DNA from: Scenedesmus sp. PABB004
Taxonomy: Eukaryota
Direction of reading: 5' to 3'
DNA: 64,000 nt
Assembly (NCBI GenBank): GCA_014905635.1
Contig: JABVCE010000005.1
Coordinates: forward strand, 62,001 to 126,000
Positions 1-11,716 of the stretch are shown one piece after another. The translations under genes were made by a program, and so were the position numbers. Numbering within the stretch: position 1 is the first letter of the stretch; the number at the start of each line of letters is the position of its first letter. Under the pieces are notes generated by a model that had not been told where the DNA came from, made no database searches, and saw only the letters and a list, made by a program, of their open reading frames with translations.

Positions 1-103
1 TGGCGCGCGGCACGCGCTGCGGCGCCAGCTGCTGGCCGCAGCTGGCCAGTCCGGCGCGCCCGCAGGCGTCGAGGCCGCCGCCGCCCTCCGTGAGCATGTG
101 CAT
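1..103 (-). CDS. Possible 5' end of a minus-strand gene running off the window (MHMLTEGGGGLDACGRAGLASCGQQLAPQRV...)
   Basis: ATG followed by an open frame with coding-like codon usage to the window edge. No recognisable motif. Confidence 0.2.
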   Translation of the reverse strand, partial: MHMLTEGGGGLDACGRAGLASCGQQLAPQRVPRA

Positions 104-1584
104 CGGTATGTACACCCCCGTGCCTCCAGGCAGGGGGGCGCTGCGGGCCTTGGCGCCTGCGCGGGCGCCGGGCGGCGGCGGCGGCAGCTGTGAGCGAGCG
201 GCGCGGCGCAGGGACCGCAGTGCTCCGCTGAGCTGCTGGGCAGCACGGCGCTGGGACGGCGCGATGCGATTGCGCGCGTGCGGGGTGTGCTGGCGCCTGG
301 GCTGCGGCGCCGAGGCCGAGAGCGGGCTGCTGGCATCTCGCGCCCGCTGCGGCCGAGCCCGCGCCCGCCACTGCGCAGCGCGGCGCCGACGCGATGGAAC
401 TGTTGCTGAAGAAGGCAAGGCGTGCGCGCCGCGGCCCCAGAGGCCGCACCTGCCATGTCGGAGCCCGTTCGCGGGCGCGGGCGGCACGGAGGCGGAGCTG
501 CTAGGGTGTTGGGCTTGCTATTCACGGTCGTGGACGCCAGTATGCGCTTCGGACGTGCGCTACCGGGCAATCGCGGCGCAGGCACGGCGGCAGAAGGGGC
601 GGCGTTGTTCGCGCGCGGCCGGAGTTCACGCCTCCGCTCCCCGCGCTGCCGCCGCCGCATGCACGAACTGCTGCCGCGCGCCGCACCCAGCACGCCAGTT
701 GCGCGTCCAACGGCGCTCGCTCCGCCGCGTGCTGGGCGTGCGGGCAGCTGTGCATCACGATCAAGATGGGCGGTCAACGCGGCTGACGCGCAGCTCCCAC
801 AACCCACCGCGCCGGTGGCGAGGGCCTCGTCGAACTCCATGATGCTCGCCGGGATGAACACGCCCGTGCCGGAGCTCCTGCGCCGCCGGGGGTCGCGCAT
901 GTGCGCGCCGAGGCCGGGCAGGGGGCCTGCGGTCGCCGGCGGGCGAGCGGGCATCCTGGTCAGCAATCCGGCGACTCACGCGCCGCGCTGGGGCGCGGTG
1001 GGCTCGACGCCTGCCACCTATCTCGCAGAAGCGCCATACCCAAACTTTTCACGCCGGCCCGCTGCCCGTCTGCGGCCGCATCGCCCCGGGACCAGGCGCC
1101 CCTGACCCTGCGTGCATGCTAGGGCCGCCCCACGGCTCGCGCGGGGCCCGCGCTGCCCCGCGCCCCCAGCCAGGCGCTGTCCCAGCGGGTCCTGCGCCTG
1201 ACGCGGCGCACCTGACTGCGTGGAGGGGCACATCGCGGCCAGGGTGGGTCGTGTCTTGGGTGCTGCGCGGCTAATTGGGGTGTTGGATCCTTATGACGGT
1301 GCGCGTGGTGTCGACAAACTGAGCGGCGGCCGGGCGGGCGAGCAGCGAGGCTGGGGCGGGCGGTCGATGGGCAATCGTGAAGCGCGCCGAGAAGTCTGTC
1401 ACTTCGCAGCCGTGGTGGGCGCGCCAGGGCGGCAAAGAGGTGGGCACGCCGGCGGCGCCGCCGACGCTCGCTCGACCGCGTGCTGGGCGCGGCGGCAGCC
1501 GAGCACGCCGTGCGTGCTTCGGCGACCAGCATCGGCGGTCAACACGCGCAGCTCTCCGCCGCCCGTGCCCGCCGCGCCGGCCGC

Positions 1585-4500
1585 CTAGGCCGGCGCGTAC
1601 GCCAGCAGCGGCGGCGGCCGCCGCGCGTCGGGCGCGGCGCCGGCGGCGGCGCGCCGCCGCCGGGGGGGCTGCCCGGCTCCTGCACGAGCCTGAAGAGCCC
1701 CGTGCCGGTGGGCATGGGGATGCCCATGATGATGCTCTCGCTCACGCCGACCACGTCGTCGGCGCGGCCGTGGATGGCCGCGTCAAAGAGGTGGTCCGCC
1801 GTCTTCTCAAAGCTCGCGCTGTGCAGCACGCTGTCTTTCATCTTGGCGATGCCAAAGCGCGTGATGCCCAGCACCTCGCCCTGGCGCGACGCAATGGAGG
1901 GCGGGGGGTGAGCGTCGAGCGTGCGCGCGGCGGCGCGGGCGGGGGGGGGGGGGGGGCGAGCGCCGCGCGCGCGCGCGCGCCACCCACCCACCCACCCACC
2001 CACCCACCCACCCACCCACGCCCACCCGCCCACCCACACCCACACCACACCACACCCGCCCGCCCGCCCACCTTGTAGGTCATGCAGTCTGCAAGCAGCA
2101 TGGTGTGGCGGTCGTCGATGGCCATGCCGTGGCTGCCCATGGTGTACTTGATCTCAGCCATCACGCTGCGCCGCGCCGCCTCAATGCCCAGCACGCGCTC
2201 CACCTCGGCCACGTGGTTGGTGCTCGTCGCCTCGCCGCGCACGCCCAGCGTGCCCATCACCGCCTGCGGTCACGCGCGCCGCGGCCGCGGCGGCGCCGCG
2301 TCAGCGCCCGGCTCGCGCGCGCGCGCGCGCAGCGCCCGCCCGCCCGCCAGCGAGCGCCCAGGAGGCCGCGGGCCCTGGGGCCGGGCCGGTCCCTGGTCCG
2401 GGGGCGCGCCTGCAGGCCGGTCCCCTCCACGAGGAGGGTGTAGGTCTCGTCCTTGTTGCGGCTGATGACGGCGCGCTCAACGCTGGGGATGCCCTGCACG
2501 ATCACCTGGCGGACGCACGGCGCGGCGCGGCGGCAGAGGTCGGGCCGGGCCGGGCAGGGCTGGGCCGGCGCGCCGCAGCGGTGCCCTGCCCTGCGCGCGC
2601 GCGCCGGCGCCCCGCCCTGTGCGCGCGCGCCTTTGGCAGCGCGGCCATGAGCTGCTCCAGCGCGAAGAGCAGCCCCTGCGACGCGCCGCCGTCGGGCGGC
2701 ACCACGAGCAGCGTGTCGCGCCCCAGCACGCGCAGCGCGTCGGGGCGCAGCTTGAGCTTGGGCGCGTCCAGCACCGCCTGCTTCACGCTCGCCGCGTCCA
2801 CGTCCAGCGCCAGCGCCGCGATGGCGGCCATGTCCAGCACCACAGCGATGTGCGCCTCGCCCAGCGCGGCCGACCCGGAGCCTGCGCGGCGGGGCGCAGG
2901 TGGGGCCGCGCGGGACCGCTCAGCGCGGTGGCGGCGGCGGCGGCCGCGCCGCGGCGCGCCGCGCGCGAGCGAGGGCGCGCCGCGCCGCGCGCGTGCTTGC
3001 TGCGCACCCGGGCGCAGCACGATGGAGATGCTCTGCGCGACCTGGCCGAGGCTGGTGCGCTCGAGGCGGCCCTTGACGAGCCGCGCGGCGACGAGGTCGG
3101 TCGGCGACGACAGCGCGACGCGCAGGATGGGCGTGCTGATCGCGCGCGCGCCGTTGATGATCTCCTTGATCCGCGGCACGCCGAGCGTCACGTTCATGCT
3201 GGCCACGCCCGCAAAGTGAAACGTCTTCAGCGTCATCTGCGTCCCAGGCTCGCCGATGCTCTGCGCGCCGACAGCGCCCACGGTCGAGCCTGCGGCGGCA
3301 GCGCGGGGGCGGGGGGCGTGTGAAGGGTGCGTCTGGTGTGTGTGTGGGGGGCGGGGGGGCGCCCGCGCGCGACACCGGGCGGCGGCGGCGCGGCGCACGC
3401 CCCAGGGCGCGCGCGGGCCCCGCCGCGGCGACGCACGCCCTCCCGCCCCCTCCCGCCTCTCCAGCACCCCTGCCCGCACGCGCGCGCGCCGGCGCGCACC
3501 CGGGTCGACGCGCTTGGCGCCGTACTTGGCGACCGCGCGCCCCACAAACGCGGCCAGCTCTGACCGCGTGAGGCCGTCGCAGCCGGCCACGTACTCCAGC
3601 ACGGCCGCGCCGGGGCCGGTCCCGCGCGCGTCCGCGGGCATACCCAGCCGCGCGCGCGTCGACGCGTAGCGGTCCACCTGGAGAAGGGGGGGGGGGGGGT
3701 TAGGGTTTTGGTTTAGGGTTTAGGGTTTAAGGGGGGGGGCAGCAGCCCGGCGGCGGCCGCGCGCGGCGCGTGAGCGGCCGCGGCAGGCGGGGGCGGCAGG
3801 CGTGCGCGCCGGCCGCCGCGCCCGCCGCCGCGCCGCCGCCGCCGCGCCCGCACCAGGCCGTGCAGGAAGGCGGCCAGGCCCTGCCGGAACGCCTTGCTCG
3901 CCCAGGGCCGCCCGCCGGCGAGCCCCGCGCGGAAGACGGCGCCGTCCCACGCACCGCGCACGTCGCCGCGCGGCGCGCGCCCCGGCGCGCCGGCCGCCGC
4001 CGCCGCGGCCGCGCTGCTGCTGCCCGCGCCGCCGCCGCCGCCGCCGCCGGGCGGCGCCTGGCCCAGCACGTCGGGCTTGCCCCCCAGGTCGTCGTCCACG
4101 GGCGCCGCGAGCTCGGGCACCGCCAGCGCTGCGTCCACCGCCGCGCGCAGCTCGCCCGGCAGCGGCACCTCCTCGCGCGGCGGGGCGCCGCTGGCGTCGC
4201 CGCCGCCGCCGCCCGCGCGCGCGCGCCGCGCGACCGCCGCCGCGTGGGCGCCGCTGAGGTTGGACCGCACCTGCGCGCCGCCGCCGCCGCCGGCGGGCCC
4301 CGTGTCGGCGCCGCGCCCGCGGGCCCCGCCGCCCCTCTCTCCCTCCCTCCCTCCCTCCCTCCCTCCCCCGCCCGCGCCGGCGCGCGCAGGCAAGGGCAGG
4401 CAGGCACACGCACCTTTGCGAGGAGGCGGGGGAAGTCGAGCGGCGCGCCGGCGGGCCCCTCCATGAGCAGCGGGTCGAGGCCGTCGTCGCCGTACGACAG

Positions 4501-7265
4501 CGACACGACGCCGCCGGCCGCGTTGCGCACGGTGGCGTCGTAGTGGACGTACAGGTCCTCCAGCGCCTGCAGGGGGGGGGAGGGGTTGAGGTGGGGTGGG
4601 GGCGTGGGTGGGGGTGTGGGTGGGTGGATGTGGAAGGTGTGTGGGTGGGTGGGCTTGGGGCGAGAGGGGGGGGGGGACGCCCCGCCGCCGCGCGCACCCC
4701 TCCCGCGCGCAGCCCCCCCCCCACACACACACACAGCCCCCCCCCCCCCCACACACACACACATAACGCACGCGCCTTCATGAGCCGGCGCGACATGTAG
4801 CCCGTCTCTGCCGTCTTGACCGCCGTGTCGACGAGGCCCTCGCGCCCCGCCATGGTGTGGAAGAAAAACTCGCTGGGGGAGAGGCCGCTGAAGAAGCTGC
4901 TCGCCACAAACCCACGCCCTGGGTGTGGGGGGAGGGGGGGGGGGGGGGGGGGGGAGGGGAGGGCGGGTGGGTGTGAGGGTGGGTGGGGCGTGTGGGGGCG
5001 TGTCTCGACACAGGTGGGTTGTGTGAAGGGCGGCGCGGCGTGACGCGCGACGCTCTTCGCGTGCGGGGGTTGATGCAGGCGGCGCCGTCCTCTGCATCAG
5101 CTGTACCAACCCCCGCACGCAAAAGAGCACGCGTGCCGCTTTGACCGCGCGGCGCCAAATCCCCCCCCCCCCCACACACACACACGTCACGCGCCGGCCC
5201 CCGCGCCCCGCGCGCACCCTCGGGCGTCTTGTCGCCGCGCGGGAAGTGGGGCAGGGTTCTGTCCTTGAAGCCGTTGAAGCAGCGCCGCCCGCCGACGCTC
5301 TGCTGGCCCACGCACGCGACCATCTGGGCGATGTTGATCGCGCTGCCCTTGCTCCCGCACTGGCTCATCACCAGCGGGCTGTTGTGCCGGTCCAGGCTCT
5401 CCATGCACACCTGGGTTAGGGTTGAGAGGAGGGGGGCGGGATGGGGTGGGGCGGGGAGCGCGGCGGCGCGCGCCGGCCGGCAGCCGCCCGCCGGCAGCCG
5501 CGCGCCGCGCCCGCGCGCCCGCGCGTGTGTCGGCCACCTTTCCGGCCGCCTCGCGAATGCCGTTGAGCACGCCCGTGACGTTTGCCTCGAGGCTCTGCTC
5601 CAGGTCGCACCCCGGCTCGAGCGCGAGCGTGCGGCGGCCGTACGCGGCGATGTAGTCCTGGCGGGGTTTAGGGGGGAGGGGGAGGGGGGCAGGGTTTAGG
5701 CGAGCGGGGGACGGGGGCGGGCCAGGAAGGGCGCGGGCGCGTGGGTGGGGCGGCAGACGGCAGGCAGCGGAGAGAGGGAGGGGCAGAGGGAGAGGGCGGC
5801 ACCTGCAGGGGGCGGGCACGTCGCGGCGGCGCGCGGCGGTGCATGTGTGGTCGTGCGGTGTGGTGCCGCACCTGGACCTCCGCGTAGCCGCTGGCCAGCG
5901 TGGCGGCCTTGTCGCGCAGCAGCGTGTCGTGGGGCGTGACGTCGTCGATGCCGATGCTAAACCCCAGCTCGCCTGGGGTTCACGGGGGGGAGGAGGGGCC
6001 ACAGGGCTCAGCAGGGGCGCAGGGCCCTGACCGCGCCGCGGGAGGGGCGCGGCGCGCGCGCCCCCCCCCCCCCCCCCCCCCCCCCCTTCTCCCCCCACAC
6101 ACGCGCCCGCACCCCCGCGCCCGCGGCGGCGCGGCCACGCAGCGCCCGCGCGCACCCATCGCGCGCGCGCTCATCTTGGCCAGCCGGCCCATGACCGCCG
6201 CCGCGGTGGCGGGGCTGAAGTCGGCTGCGAGCGCGCCAAAGAGCCCGCCCTTGGCGCCGCCGAGCGTGGCCTTGCCGAGGCGGCCGGCGAGCAGGGCGCT
6301 GCCCCTGAAGAGCACCCAGCCGTCCTTGGGGCACATGCTCTCCCCGCGCTTGCTGTACTCGCGCTCAGGCAGCTCGAGGTCGACAAACACCCTGGCGCCA
6401 GCAGGGCCGCAGGGAGGGATGGGGGGGGGGGGGGGCAGGGTCACGAGGGACTGCCGGGGGGCGCTGCGCGGCGGCGCCCAGGGTCCCCCCCCCCCTCGGG
6501 GCGCGGCGGCGGCGGCAGCGGCGGCGGCGGCGCACCGCGTCTCGGCGTTTGGGCGGACCATGACGCCAAACAGCTGCTTGCCCGTCCACAGCTCCACGGG
6601 CTTGAGCACCGCCGGCGGCGGCAGGTCGACCTGGCGCGGCGCGGCGCGCGCTGCGTCGGCGCGGCGCCAGCCCGGCGCGCGCGCGCCCGCCCCCTTCGCG
6701 CCCGCCCGCAGCCGAACTCCCGCCGCGGCGCCCCGGCGCCCCGCCGCCGCCGCGCGCGCCGGCGCAGCCCGCACGTGGTCGCGCGCGTCGCCCATGGCCG
6801 CCGCGAGCTGGCCAAAGGCTGGGCGGGTGAGGAAGACATCCTTCCCGCTCAGCAGGAAGGCGCAGGTCAGAAAGTCCTGCGTCGCCGCGATGAGCACGTC
6901 GCCGTTCTTGGGCGTCGCGAGGTTGGCCACGCTGCCCATGAGGCACAGCGCCTCCGCGCGCGCCTCCTCCGTCTGCGGCGCGCCGCGGCGCGGCGCGGGG
7001 GGGGGGGGGGGGGGACGCGGCGCGCAGGCGTGGGCCGTGAGGCGCGCGGCGGCGGCGGCGGGCAGGGGCGCGGACCGGCGCGGCGCGGCGGCGCGCGCGC
7101 GCGCGGCGGCGCGGCGCGGCGGCCCGGCCGTGCGCCCCTGGCAGGTCGACCTGGACGGCCTGCGCATCGCGCCCGTCGAGGCCGACCTGCCAGGGGGCGC
7201 ACAGCCCAAGCAGGCGCCCACGCCGCAGCCCCCGTCTAACCCTCAACCCTGCTGGAGGTGGACGT

Positions 7266-7297
<32 letters not shown>

Positions 7298-7652
7298 GCG
7301 GAGCCGGAGCCCGGCGCCTGCCGCCCTGAACCCACAACCCCGCCCTGGCCCCGCCGTGAGCCCTAAACCCCCCTCCCTGCACCCCGGCCGCGCCTGCGGG
7401 AGGTGCAGGTTCATCTCGTCGCCGTCAAAGTCGGCGTTGAACGGCGCGCACACGCACTCGTTGAACCGCAGCGTGCGACCGGGGCGCACCACCGCGCGGA
7501 ACGCCTGGCGGCGGGCGGCGCGGCGGCGCGCGCGGCGGGCGGCGGCGGGCCGGAGCGTGCGTCGGCGGGCGGTGCGCCGCGGCGCTGCGCGGCTGCGGCG
7601 GCGCGGCGCGGCGGCTGTGGGGTTTGCTGAGTGTGCCCCTGCGCGCCGCGCC

Positions 7653-7739
<87 letters not shown>

Positions 7740-7740
7740 C

Positions 7741-7818
<78 letters not shown>

Positions 7819-10800
7819 CGCGCGCCTGTATGGACACGCGGTGCAGGCTGGGCTGGCGGTTGAAGAGCACCACGTCGCCGTCCTCGAGGTGCCGCTCCAC
7901 GATATCGCCCACCTGACCGCGGCGCAAAGGGGGGGCGGGGGGTGTCGCGCGGCGCGGTGGGGCCGACAGCACGCAGCGCCGCGCAGCACGCACAGCACGC
8001 ACGGCACACGCGCCGCGCCGTGCACGGCGCCCTGCACCACACCACGGGTGGTCAGCGCCCCGCCGCGGGGTGCGTCACCTTGAGGTCTGTCGCGGCCTTG
8101 CGTCTGATCTTCTCGTCGCGCAGCCAGATGCGCGCGCCGCTGCCGTCGCCGAGGCCCACAAAGTTGGCGCCCGGCCAGGTGCCCGCGCCGTTGGCCACGC
8201 GGCCGCGCAGCTTTGCCAAGTTGTACTCGGCGACGCGCTCGGGGTACGTCAGCACGGTCGCCATGTGCACCGGCACCGCGACCTGGGGGGCGAAGGGCGG
8301 GCGGTGCGGGGCCGGGGCGCGCGGTGCGGGGAGGGAGGTGGGGCGTGAGGCGGCGGGGCGGCGAGGTGGTGCGGGCGTGGCGCGGGTGTGGCGCGGGCGC
8401 ACAGCATCGGCGCGCCTGGTGGATGGCGAGGTCTGGGTCCGGGCTGATGACGGTGCGGCCGCTGAAGTCGACGCGCTTGCCGCTGAGGTTGCCCCGGAAG
8501 CGGCCCTGCTTGCCCTTCAGGCGCTGCACAAAGCCCCTGCGCGGCACGAGATGCAGCGGGCGGGGCGTCGGCGTCGGCGCCCGAGGCAGGGCGGGCGCGC
8601 AGGCAGCCCGGCACGCGGCGCAGCGCGGCGCCGCGCGCGCCGCGCCTGAGCGGGCGCCCGGGTGCCTGGTTCTGCAGCGCCACGCCCGGAAGGTCGCTGT
8701 TGATCAGCATCGCCGCCTGCACCTGCGCGCGCGGGACGGGGAGGGGACGGAGACGGCGGGAGCCGCTCGCGGGTGAGACGCCGCCGCCGGCGCGGCGGCA
8801 GCTGCGCGCAGGCGTGCGGGCGCCGCCCGCCTCGGCCTCGTTGCGCACACTCCTTCGACACGCGCGCGCGCGGTCAGTCAGTCGCTCAGTCAGTCTCTCT
8901 CACCTGCAGGAAGTCCCAGTTCTCCATGAGCGTGTTGATGGGCAGCCCCTTCTCCAGGCCCTGGCGCAGCACGTTGTTGACCTCAATGATTTGCTGGGGG
9001 GTTGGCGGTGGTGGGGCAGGGGGGGGTGTCGGGCGGCCAAGGGAGGGAGGGCGGGGGAGCAGGGGCAGGCGCGGCGGCCGACCACCTACATGCACTCAAC
9101 AGCCCCCCCCCCACACACACACGCACACACACACAGCTCCCCCCCCCACCCGCACCCACAGCAGGCCCCCCCCCCACCCCCACCCACCCACCCACCACCC
9201 ACCATGAGCTTCATCGTCACGTCGTCCTCGTTGCTCGCGCCGTCCATCTCCACGCTCGGCCGGATCGCCACCGGCGGCACCGGCAGCACACTCAGCAGCA
9301 GGTCCTCCGGCCGGCCTGGCGCGCACGCACACACACACCGCGGCGCGCGGGGCGACGGCGTCAGCGGCGGCGCGGCGGCGGCTCCCCGCCCCGCGCCCCT
9401 TTCGACCCCCCCCCCCCTCACACACCCACCCACCCACCCGCGATGTCCAGCACCGCCAGGTCCTCCTCCGCGACCGCGCGGAACAGCCCCAGCGCGCGCA
9501 GCGGGTGCAGGTCGTCGGCTACGCGCGGCAGGCAGCCCGCGAGCGCCTCGTTGTGCCCCGCCGCCTCGGCCAGGCTCGACCGCAGCGCCTCCGCCGCGTC
9601 GGCGTTCTTGGCGTACGCCTCGTGCAGGATCTTCAGGCTCCCGCTCGCCTTCCTGCAAGCCGGCAGACGCGGCGGCGGGCGCGGGCGCGCGTGGGCGCGC
9701 GCGCGGCGGTGCGGTGGCGCCCCGCGCAGCGTCGCCGCGCGTCGCGTCTCCGCACTTGACTGTGCCGTTGTAGGCGCCGCAGTGGTGGCACACGCGCGCG
9801 CGCTTGCACGTCTCGATCACGCGCCGGAACAGCAGCTCGCGCGGCACGCGCTCGAGCTTGGGGCTGCGGAACCGCCTGCGACCGCGGCAGAGGCGGCAGC
9901 GGCGGCGGCGGCGGAGCGGTGGGCTGCGGGTGTCGCGCGCCAGGCGCTGCGCGCGCGCCCGGCGCGCTCATGGGGCGCGCCGGGCGCGCCCCGCCCCGCG
10001 CGCGCCGCCCGCCGCCCCGGCTCCCGCCCGCCGCCCGCCGCCCGCAAGCCGCCGGCGTGCCCTGCGCGCCTGATCATGCGCCGCCGCTCCTCCTCCGGCA
10101 GCAGGACGCGTGAGCAGGTCTTGCAGATGCACTGGAGCAGCTGGACGGTGTTTTTGAAGTAGCCGATGTGGAAGACGGGCAGCTCGAGCTTCAGAAACCC
10201 AAAGTGCCCCGCGCAGTCGGCGAGCTTCTGCCCGCACGTGCGGCACACCGCGGCCTTGCTGCTCACGCCCTGCGGACCCGCGACGCAGCGTGCGGCGCGG
10301 CGGTGCGCGGCCGTCAGCGGCGGCGCGCGGGGCGTGGCCGGCTGCCGCTGCACGGGCGGCGCGGCGGCGCCGCTGCCCCCCCCCGCGCCGCCGCACCAGG
10401 CGGGGGTCCAGCACGCCGTTGGGGTGCGGCACGCGCTCGGGCATCTGCGGCGCGGCACGGCGGCTGTGGGGGTGCGCGGGCGGCGGGGCGCGCGCCGCGC
10501 GGGCCCCGGGCGCCCCGCGCTGCGGCTGCGTCACGGCCCTGCCCCTCCCCACACATACACACACGCACACGCCCACCTTGTACAGTGCGCGCTCGTGGAC
10601 GTGGAAGACGCCGCAGTTGATGATGGCTTGCGGCGTCTGCAGCCCGAACCGAATCTGCTGGCTGCGGACGCGGCGGCGGCACGCTCAGCCCGGGGCGCGC
10701 GGCGGCGCGGTGGCGGCGTCGCCGCACGCGATTGCGCGCCGCGGTCGCTCACATCTTGCGGGGCACCTCGGGCGGCTTGAACGGCTCCTTGGTGAACACC

Positions 10801-10927
10801 AGCGCGCCCGCGCCCCCGCCGCCGCCCGCGCCGGGCGGGCCGCCGGCCGCGCCGGGCGGGCCGCCGCCCGCCGCGGGCGCGGCGCGGGCGGCGGCCCCAG
10901 CGGGTGCTGCAGCAGCTGCTGCTGCAT
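1585..10927 (-). CDS. RPC1: DNA-directed RNA polymerase III largest subunit (RPC1/POLR3A/NRPC1), 28 exons
   Basis: Spliced translation gives [46 protein letters not shown], catalytic [53 protein letters not shown] and the RPC1-type [31 protein letters not shown]. 27 introns traced, 8 of them GC-AG. The ATG at 10927 and the TAG at 1585-1587 each need a +1 base correction (uncorrected stop at 1539). Confidence 0.95.
3699..3730. repeat. Interstitial telomere-like (TTTAGGG)n remnant in an RPC1 intron
   Basis: GTTAGGGTTTTGGTTTAGGGTTTAGGGTTTAA. Single units also at about 5413-5424, 5664-5700, 7236-7250 and 7361-7370. Confidence 0.75.
7126..7206 (-). ncRNA. Candidate structured RNA / pre-miRNA-like hairpin in RPC1 intron 6973-7393
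   Basis: About 33-bp stem, 7126-7158 pairing with 7173-7206. Two plus-strand mismatches become G-U pairs on the RPC1 sense strand. Confidence 0.4.
7655..7817. repeat. Compound microsatellite (GT)~40 followed by (GCGT)~20, intronic
   Basis: Seen directly, inside RPC1 intron 7505-7825. Confidence 0.95.
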
Positions 10928-11716
10928 GGCGCGCCTCTGCTAGGGCGCGCTGCTGCTGTCCCGCGCCGGGCGCGAGGGCGCACCGCCGAGGGCGCCGCTG
11001 CTCAGCCGCCGCCGGCGCGGCCGCTTTGCGCCGGCGCGCGCGGCGCGCGCATGGGTCGTGCGCGAGGGCACTACTGCACCGCTACGAGGCGCGCGGGCCC
11101 GCCTGAGAGCCGCCTGGGCGCCGCCTGGGGCCGCTGCCGCCGGCGCCGCTGCTGCTCCTGCGCCGGGCGCTCTCGCGCGTCACGCGCCGGTCGCCGCCGC
11201 AGCAGGGCGCTCGTCAGTGCGGTGTGGGAGAGCAGCAGAGACTGCTGCCGGCGCGGCTGGCGCGCTGCGTGCCGCGGGTCGGCGGTGCTCGCAGCAGTGG
11301 CGTCGCCTGGGGGCCTGGCGCGTGCTCGTGGGAAAGCTGAGGAGGTAGGGCGACGCGTTGCAGCATCCACCGACGCGCCACGGGCTCTGAAGCCTTTCGC
11401 GCTTCTGCCGCCGCTCGACGAGCGCGGTCGTGTGCTGCTTCCCCGCCGCCAGCCGCTGCTGGAGCCAGACCAGGGAGCCTGCTGCCACGCCTCAGACAGC
11501 AGCGCCGCCGGGCGCCGCTGGCCGCGCCGCGCCGCGCCCGCCGCTGCTGCCCTCGGTGAGCACGCCGCGGCGCCCCGGCGCGGTCGCAGCGCACCGCCGC
11601 CGCCGCCCAGAGCCGCCGGTGCTGCACACCTGACGCTCGACCTCGCCGCCGCCGGGCAGCGCCTCCGGCCGGCGATCAGCAGCGGGCTGCGCCGCTTCCA
11701 ACCGACCGCTCGCGCG

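Noticed and set aside
835..1110. Possible ncRNA: ATGATG box-C-like motif, pairing 841-850 with 942-955, T-arm-like GGTGGGCTCGACGCCTGCC, ACCCAAAC
   Set aside because: No full cloverleaf, no properly spaced box D and no CCCTAAA telomerase template. Short stems are expected by chance. An Infernal scan would settle it.
7145..7213. Antisense exon-like 23 codons ([23 protein letters not shown]) flanked by CAG and AG|GC
   Set aside because: No partner exons nearby. It is better explained by the hairpin at the same position.
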